DNA of 64,000 bases from positions 1 through 64,000 of the forward strand of contig JBKBUF010000027.1 of the NCBI GenBank assembly GCA_046290815.1. Reading direction: 5' to 3'. The notes beneath the pieces are model-generated. The model worked only from the letters and a program-made list of their open reading frames with translations, searched no databases and was not told the DNA's origin. The translations under genes were made by a program, and so were the position numbers. Each line of letters begins with the position of its first letter. Position 1 is the first letter of the stretch. Origin of the DNA: Cytophagaceae bacterium (GTDB lineage: Bacteria; Bacteroidota; Bacteroidia; Cytophagales; Cytophagaceae). This document shows, piece after piece, positions 57,883 through 64,000 of this stretch.

Positions 57883-58234
57883 ATTAGTTAGAAGATTGAT
57901 TTGATATCTAATTAAAAATAAAAACAAAAAGTGATGTTTTCCATAGGCAATACTGCTCATTTATCTGAGCTGTACCCCCGGAAAAAAATATGATTTGCAA
58001 AAATAAACTTATGGTTAAATTAACCATCCTGATGCATCATGAACATGATATAGTTTCCTGAATAATTTACTTATGAAGCAAGTTTAAAAATATCATTTAT
58101 TAATGATATGATAGTAATAAAATAAATAATAATTCATAAGCTTCATTTGAATTATTCAGTTTAAAAATTGATTTTCAAAATTCCATAACCTTAGTTTTTC
58201 CCTCTCGTAAATAAATCATTTCAACAGCTATGAT

Positions 58235-59548
58235 ATGCAACACCAGGAAACCATTCAAATGATAAGAAGCAAAAATGAAATTATTTTCAGGATGCTTCTA
58301 ATTCCATTGTCTCTTTTATCTCTGATTATTCTAATTTTCAATTTTTATTCAGGAAAAGAGCTTTTCACTGTTACAACAATCTTCTTCAGTATTTGCACCT
58401 GCATTCTGATTTTAAAGTATCAATCAAACCATAATTTAAATATTAAAATCCTGCTGCTTCTGTTATTTAATCTTTCAATATTCCAGGCAAATCAACTGGT
58501 TACAAACGGAGGGTTATATTTTTATTATTTACCTCTAATGCTTGCTCCTTTTTCCATTTTTGAAAGCAATCAGAAAGCTGTTTTGTTTCTATGTTCATTA
58601 GTCTCTCTTTCATGTCTTATATATTTCAGTATAACAGATTTTTCTTCCGAACACTCTAACGAAAGTATTTTTAAATATGCCTTTATTGTCAATCTTTTCA
58701 ACAGTCTTGTTATTCTGATTTATACAATATATTTCTCAATTAACCTTGCGGAAAAATTTTCACAAAAGCTTATGAAAAGAAACAGAAAGCTTGGCAAAAA
58801 AAATAATGAACTGAAGAGCTTAAATAACAATCTTCAACAATTAATATATACCACATCTCACGATATACATTCCCCTCTTGCCTCACTTCAGGGCTTGATT
58901 TATATAGCAGAAAAAAATGTTGTTGATAAAGAAGTTCAGGGATATTTTCATAAAATACTTCAACAGGTGAAGAATATTGAAAATTCCGCTTTGGAAACAT
59001 TAGAATTTTATAATTATGAATTAAAGGAACCTACTATAGAAAATGTGGATTTGCATTCCATGGTAAGTGAAATAATAGAAAGTTATTCATTTCTTGGTCA
59101 TGCTGAAAAAATAACATATAATATATTAATCCCGGAAAAAAGAAACTATTTACTAAACAGGCATTGTATTAAAACCATCTTAAGAAATCTGATTTCTAAC
59201 TCCATAAAGTACCATGATTATCATAAAGAGAAATGTATAATAGAAATATCAGTTACAGAAAATGAAGAATGTATTTCGATTGTAATTAAAGACAACGGAA
59301 AAGGTATTTCTTCGGGTCATGCTGATAAAATATTTGATAAATTTTACAGGATCCCTAATCAATCTGTAAAAGGAACGGGTCTTGGATTATACATTGTGAA
59401 ACAAGCAGTAAAAAAGCTTAAAGGTTCAATTGTCGTAGACTCAAAAGAAAAGGAATGGACTTCTTTTGTTATTCAACTTCCAAAAGAATCTGCTATTGAA
59501 GAAAGCAATACTGATATTAATCTAAGCCCAGATTATAAGAAAGCATAA
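58235..59548 (+). CDS. Sensor histidine kinase (a multi-TM sensor region plus HisKA/HATPase_c)
   Basis: The H-box is IYTTSHDIHSPLASLQGL. The N-box is LRNLISNSIKY. The G-boxes are IKDNGKGISSGHADKIFDKFYR and GTGLGLYIVK. Confidence 0.8.
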   Translation: MQHQETIQMIRSKNEIIFRMLLIPLSLLSLIILIFNFYSGKELFTVTTIFFSICTCILILKYQSNHNLNIKILLLLLFNLSIFQANQLVTNGGLYFYYLPLMLAPFSIFESNQKAVLFLCSLVSLSCLIYFSITDFSSEHSNESIFKYAFIVNLFNSLVILIYTIYFSINLAEKFSQKLMKRNRKLGKKNNELKSLNNNLQQLIYTTSHDIHSPLASLQGLIYIAEKNVVDKEVQGYFHKILQQVKNIENSALETLEFYNYELKEPTIENVDLHSMVSEIIESYSFLGHAEKITYNILIPEKRNYLLNRHCIKTILRNLISNSIKYHDYHKEKCIIEISVTENEECISIVIKDNGKGISSGHADKIFDKFYRIPNQSVKGTGLGLYIVKQAVKKLKGSIVVDSKEKEWTSFVIQLPKESAIEESNTDINLSPDYKKA

Positions 59549-60401
59549 TTTCATGGGAATTAAGATACCCCAAACGAACATTAGGCTGATAAACATCAAA
59601 GGAATAACCCATTTTCAATTTATCTATCAATTTCAATTGTATTATTCCTGTAAATGCATTATTTACCCTGTATCCTGCACCTGCAGATAACCATTCGTTT
59701 AAGTGAAATGTGCCGTTCAGGTGTATCAGTAATGGATATGCATAATGATGTTTAATTAATAAAGAAGGCTCAAACTGTATTGCAGGACTAATATTCGTCT
59801 TTATACCTCCAAAGGCTATATAGTTACTTCTAATGTTTGCAGTTTTTCTATCAGGAGAATCAAATATTCCTGACTGATCATAAACGATAAGATCAGGAAC
59901 AGAAACACCAAGGTAAAATTGATCATTGGAATAATAAGCACCGGCTCCGAATTTCGGGAGTATGGCAGATTTTACATTATCAGAAAAAACGGGATCTCCC
60001 TGCTCGATGATAAAAACATTTGTAAGCCTGGCGGAGTAATACGAAATTCCTGCCCGTAATCCAAAAGAAAGTCCGGACCCTCCAAGGTTGTATGAAAAAC
60101 TTCCTAATACATCCGTCTGAGATGTTACTCCCGACCTGTCATTTGCCAGGTTTAAACCCAATCCTACATTTTTGCCTACTGGCGCATCAATACTAAATAA
60201 CTGTGTGTTGGGTGAACCCTTCACTCCAAGCCACTGGCTTCTGTGAAGAAGCGAAGCGCTTGTTTGTTCATTACTACCTGCATAGGCAGGATTATAATAC
60301 ATCCTGTTGTACATATACTGACTAAGTACCGGTAATTGCTGAGCAGAAACCATCACTGATGTCAGAATTAAAAATAAGAAAAGAATATAGGTCTTCATCA
60401 T
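59517..60401 (-). CDS. Type IX secretion system membrane protein, PorP/SprF family
   Basis: The N-terminus ..VSAQQLPVLSQYMYNRMYYNPAYAGSNEQTSASLLHRSQWLGVKGSPNT matches the PorP/SprF signature. It is a ~290-aa beta-barrel-type OMP. The gene lies directly downstream of a type-B CTD cargo gene. Confidence 0.85.
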   Translation of the reverse strand: MMKTYILFLFLILTSVMVSAQQLPVLSQYMYNRMYYNPAYAGSNEQTSASLLHRSQWLGVKGSPNTQLFSIDAPVGKNVGLGLNLANDRSGVTSQTDVLGSFSYNLGGSGLSFGLRAGISYYSARLTNVFIIEQGDPVFSDNVKSAILPKFGAGAYYSNDQFYLGVSVPDLIVYDQSGIFDSPDRKTANIRSNYIAFGGIKTNISPAIQFEPSLLIKHHYAYPLLIHLNGTFHLNEWLSAGAGYRVNNAFTGIIQLKLIDKLKMGYSFDVYQPNVRLGYLNSHEIMLSYNLGLD

Positions 60402-60408
60402 TGTAGTT

Positions 60409-62544
60409 TTATCTTCTTATTTCAACAAAACTTTTAATAGTCGTTGATTTATCTTTAGTTGTTATCACATAATAGTAAGTGCCATCTGACAACAGCGTTC
60501 CATCCAAATTATTTCCATCCCATTGATTTTTGTAGTCTTCTGATGAGAAAACCAGGCCGCCATCTCTGGTATATACATAAAGACTTATAGGATTAGATGG
60601 ATTTACTCCCAACACCACGAAATAATCATTATATGAATCTCCGTTTGGCGAGAACCCTTCCGGGGCAATAAGATGGTAATTCTGTTGCAAAGTAATTACA
60701 GCACTTCCGGTAAATGTACCTTCCACATCATTAGCGTCTTTCAGACCGGTGATAACGTATGTTCCCGGTAAATTGACGGATTTATAATAAGTGGTTGAAT
60801 TAATGATCAGAGTTTCAGTACTGCTTCCGTTAGAGAAATTAAGGGTAAAGGGCGCTACCCCGGTGATTTCAATTTTAATAAAAGCAGTTTCGCCCTGACT
60901 TATGGTTTTACTACCGGAAATAACTGCATGAGCTTTCTCATAAAGGGACACAACAGCAACACCATTAAAATTTCCTTCCACCCCATTAGCATCAATAATT
61001 TTAGTGATGCTATATATTCCCGCATCTGATACAACTCTGGTAAAAACAGTGGAATTGATATTTAAAACTTCTGATACTGACCCTTTGGTAAGTGTGACAG
61101 AAAAGGGTGCCACTCCTGTCAAATCAATTCTTATTTCTGCCGTCTCTCCTTCTTTAATAGTACCTCCTCCTGAAATGACTGCAGTTGGAATATTCACTAT
61201 TACATTTCTAAATCTTGCTTTCCAGCCATCATCAATAGAAGCCGGCATATCAGGACTCAATTGAAAATGAAAGGTAAGACTTCCATCCGACGCTGTTGAA
61301 GTGATGGTTCCAGGATTTGAATTATAAAATCTACCTAAAACCGGGGCTGAAAGGGAATTGCCATTATGAATTTCAAGAAAATCACATCCGGATTCACTGC
61401 ACAGATCCAGTTGAGTGAATTCTACCTGAACTTTAGTACCGATATATTTCGGAAAAACAGTAAATACATACGTAGTTCGGGAAGGAGAACCATCCGGTCC
61501 TCCATCATCATAAAAGTATTTATTTCCTACAACAGCACTGCCGTTTCTTATATATATGGAATCATATATTATTCTTGCCCCTGCAGGATTCGGGTTTTCA
61601 GGAATGTATGTTTCCGCGGAAACAATAACGGAATGACATATACCATCAATATAGTTGTCCAATGCTTCATCATTTTCTGTTACATCATAAGCAAGCCAGA
61701 AAAAATTTTTCCCTTGCTCAAGCTGCAGATTACCTTCAAAACTAAAGTCACCGGAGGGAATTTCAACTACTTCTCCGAAACTGTTTTCGATAGAAAATTC
61801 ACGATCTGTTCCCGTATAATACAGTCTGGCATTTTTAATATTTTCAAGGGATGAGGTGCCTTCAGGAGAAAAATTAAGCTGAGTTATGGTTAATGGAACA
61901 TTTCTACCCTGTGTTTCTACTGCCACCGCAAGCACTTTCTGACTTTCGGATCCGGGAAATACGCTTTCCTTAATCTGGAATAATTCCGTTCTTAAATATT
62001 CCATATTAAACGGGCTGATAACTGTAACCGTGTAATCCTCTGTTTCTCCCCAATACATTTTGTTACAGTCGTCAGTTGATGCGGTACTAAAATCTCCTGC
62101 ACGTACTCTCATTCTTATGTCACCTGAAATTCCGGAGGGAATTGTAATTTTAAAGTAATGAGGTTGGTCAGAAGGAGCATAACCAACATCAAAAAATTCT
62201 CCCGGATCTCTGAAATCAAAATCCTTATTAAAATCAAAGTAAAGTCGTACTACTTTTTCGCTTTTGCATTTTATCATTATCTCATAAGTTCCTCCCTGCT
62301 CCAGAGTAGTAGTGAACAAAGCTTTGTCGTAATTGATGTAATTATTGGCATTTCCATTACATCCACTTCCTTTGTTACTTAAGTTATTAAGAGTAAAATC
62401 ATCAATATAACTTATATTATAAATATTTTCGGCACAAATATTATGATAAGCAGGAATACAATATTGTCCATTCACATCCGGAGAAACAGTTGTTATAATT
62501 ATGATTAGAAGAAATACAACAGGCAAAAAAGTCTTCATATGCAA
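60409..62544 (-). CDS. Large secreted adhesin-like protein with a T9SS type-B (gliding-motility-associated) C-terminal domain
   Basis: The C-terminus HLIAPEGFSPNGDSYNDYFVVLGVN..ISLYVYTRDGGLVFSSEDYKNQWDGNNLDG..LLSDGTYYYVITTKD matches the type-B CTD (FxPNGDGxND...N.WDG...G.YYY). A signal peptide is present. Repeated Ig-like modules are present (TVSEVLNINSTVFTRVVSDAGIYSITKIIDANGVEG and GSSTETLIINSTTYYKSVNLPGTYVITGLKDANDVEG). Confidence 0.8.
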   Translation of the reverse strand: MHMKTFLPVVFLLIIIITTVSPDVNGQYCIPAYHNICAENIYNISYIDDFTLNNLSNKGSGCNGNANNYINYDKALFTTTLEQGGTYEIMIKCKSEKVVRLYFDFNKDFDFRDPGEFFDVGYAPSDQPHYFKITIPSGISGDIRMRVRAGDFSTASTDDCNKMYWGETEDYTVTVISPFNMEYLRTELFQIKESVFPGSESQKVLAVAVETQGRNVPLTITQLNFSPEGTSSLENIKNARLYYTGTDREFSIENSFGEVVEIPSGDFSFEGNLQLEQGKNFFWLAYDVTENDEALDNYIDGICHSVIVSAETYIPENPNPAGARIIYDSIYIRNGSAVVGNKYFYDDGGPDGSPSRTTYVFTVFPKYIGTKVQVEFTQLDLCSESGCDFLEIHNGNSLSAPVLGRFYNSNPGTITSTASDGSLTFHFQLSPDMPASIDDGWKARFRNVIVNIPTAVISGGGTIKEGETAEIRIDLTGVAPFSVTLTKGSVSEVLNINSTVFTRVVSDAGIYSITKIIDANGVEGNFNGVAVVSLYEKAHAVISGSKTISQGETAFIKIEITGVAPFTLNFSNGSSTETLIINSTTYYKSVNLPGTYVITGLKDANDVEGTFTGSAVITLQQNYHLIAPEGFSPNGDSYNDYFVVLGVNPSNPISLYVYTRDGGLVFSSEDYKNQWDGNNLDGTLLSDGTYYYVITTKDKSTTIKSFVEIRR

Positions 62545-62725
62545 AATGATTATATCTGTAAAAGTATATTAAGCGTGACAAGATATAAATAGGTGTTGCA
62601 CCTCAATTTTTGTAGGCACTATTGCTTATGAATTATCGAAGGGTATTGGATAAAAAAGCCACAATCGAAAGCAGATACGATTGTGGCAATCAAAAAATTA
62701 ATTTACTTAATATAAAAGGCTTTGA

Positions 62726-63409
62726 TTAGTTAAGGTTTGCAGTTTTAGCAATATTAGCATTCCTTTCTTTCAACTCTTTTATAGACTCAAGCTTTAATGA
62801 AAAATTCTTTTCAGAGGTAAACTCTTCCTGCATTTCCTGTTTCACCACATCTACATACTCCATCAGCTCAGCAAAAAATTCATCGAAATCAGCTTTAAAT
62901 GCAGCATAGTTGTTAATGAAATCAACAAGGCTTGAATCCATGTTCCAGGGACGAGAATTTACAATCCCAAATTGCTTAATAGAATTGTTCACCCCCTGCA
63001 ATGTTCTGAACTGGTACAACCAATCGTTTCCCAACAGACGCGGGAAAACCATTTTCAATTTGTAAGGAAAATTTACACAATGATCCATCAGAATATTATA
63101 AGTATCAGTTGCGAATTCCTTAAGGTCTTTATCAGAATATTTTTCCCAGTTGGCTGCCAGTAAATGATCGAAGAATATGTATGTAGCCTTGTATGACTGC
63201 TTTGCGTTTTTTGAAAACCTCTTCTGACACTGCAATACCAATGGATGCGATTCGCTGAACTCATTTATTTTGTCATTCAAAATCACACCTTTTTTATATA
63301 GTTTATGATACTCAGAGTAATCCCAATTGGTATTAAATTCTTTTACAAAATTACCTACAATGGTATATGGACAATCTCCTGACAAGTATAAGTGCGATAA
63401 GTAAAACAT
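62726..63409 (-). CDS. acpH: Acyl carrier protein phosphodiesterase (AcpH)
   Basis: The N-terminus MFYLSHLYLSGD matches the AcpH family opening (MNFLAHLHL..). The length (227 aa) is appropriate. Confidence 0.7.
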   Translation of the reverse strand: MFYLSHLYLSGDCPYTIVGNFVKEFNTNWDYSEYHKLYKKGVILNDKINEFSESHPLVLQCQKRFSKNAKQSYKATYIFFDHLLAANWEKYSDKDLKEFATDTYNILMDHCVNFPYKLKMVFPRLLGNDWLYQFRTLQGVNNSIKQFGIVNSRPWNMDSSLVDFINNYAAFKADFDEFFAELMEYVDVVKQEMQEEFTSEKNFSLKLESIKELKERNANIAKTANLN

Positions 63410-63940
63410 AATTGTAATATTTTATGGTTTCGTTGGATTAAAGGTCCTAATAATAAATCAGCAAAACAAGGATTTTGGTGAAAAAATTTAATTTAAATAG
63501 TTGATTTTCAGGGTATTAAATTGAATCATTAGGCGTATTAAAAGCAATGGAATAGATTGGATTTAATTCGGAATTTTCTGTTTTATAAATGCTTAAAAAT
63601 GGAAGTGTAATCCCTGTTTAGTCAAAAAAAAACAATTGTTTTAATATAAATTCAGGAGTGACTAACTCTGTTGCCTGGAAAAATAATTCTTGTTTTTATC
63701 ACGCCTAATTACCTTTAATTCTATCTAAAAAATACTTTCATCTGTAATCCTTTATAAGGAGACAAATTTGCTTTCAAAGAGCCTAGCAAAACAGTTAACA
63801 TATTAATAATCAATATTTTATACAAAACAAAAATTGATTTCGGCAGTTCTTTTGACTAATTTTACCAATCGAAAGGGTTGAAGGGCAATCTATCATTTTC
63901 AACTTCCACCTGAATGTATAATTATTAAAATCTCATAATA

Positions 63941-64000
63941 TGGAATATGTGCAAAATGCTTTAGCGCGATCAGAAGCAGCAACTAAATCAATTGACAGAG
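63941..64000 (+). CDS. Possible 5' end of an unidentified gene (MEYVQNALARSEAATKSIDR...) running off the window
   Basis: ATG at ~63941 is followed by an open frame to the window edge, after a ~530-bp AT-rich non-coding stretch. Confidence 0.25.

Overview
This window is an AT-rich (roughly 35-37% GC) chromosomal segment from a Bacteroidota genome. The lifestyle looks cellulolytic and type IX secretion system (T9SS) dependent (Cytophaga/Sporocytophaga-like), but no species is claimed. No rRNA, tRNA, CRISPR array or intact transposase was seen. Coding content, in order along the window: (i) a compositionally mosaic island encoding a 953-aa secreted protein of unknown function plus three small or membrane ORFs; (ii) an NAD salvage cluster, nrtR-like Nudix regulator - nadM(NMNAT-Nudix) - nadV(NAMPT), with a 21-bp palindromic candidate operator and a neighbouring two-domain SAM-methyltransferase; (iii) an ankyrin-repeat gene frameshifted at an (AAT)4 tract; (iv) GH5 and GH9 endoglucanases and a 1548-aa GH8-like multidomain protein, all with T9SS C-terminal sorting domains; (v) a 7TM-DISM receptor fused to an IS1595-type Zn-ribbon/HTH domain, divergent from the GH5 gene; (vi) an NfeD - flotillin - 1631-aa coiled-coil AAA+ operon; (vii) a PAS-LuxR regulator followed by a 1071-aa tandem-repeat protein; (viii) PspA plus a J-domain protein; (ix) a czc-type heavy-metal RND system in which the pump (CzcA) is fused to the outer-membrane factor (CzcC), flanked by His-rich proteins; (x) a LytS/LytTR two-component pair, a second histidine kinase, several other T9SS cargo proteins, a PorP/SprF gene next to a type-B CTD cargo gene, and AcpH. 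Non-coding observations: a hairpin motif present in two copies with a compensatory base change; an inverted heptamer-repeat element; an intercistronic CGCAAAG palindrome array; a GC-rich three-stem structured element upstream of the GH9 gene; and two clear rho-independent terminators. The exact nucleotide register could not be reconciled at one point, the czcB/czcAC junction near 36840, where the displayed sequence and the ORF-track translations disagree by 2 nt. All hand-derived coordinates (alternative starts, motifs, terminators) were counted from the displayed sequence and are approximate; CDS coordinates follow the ORF track.
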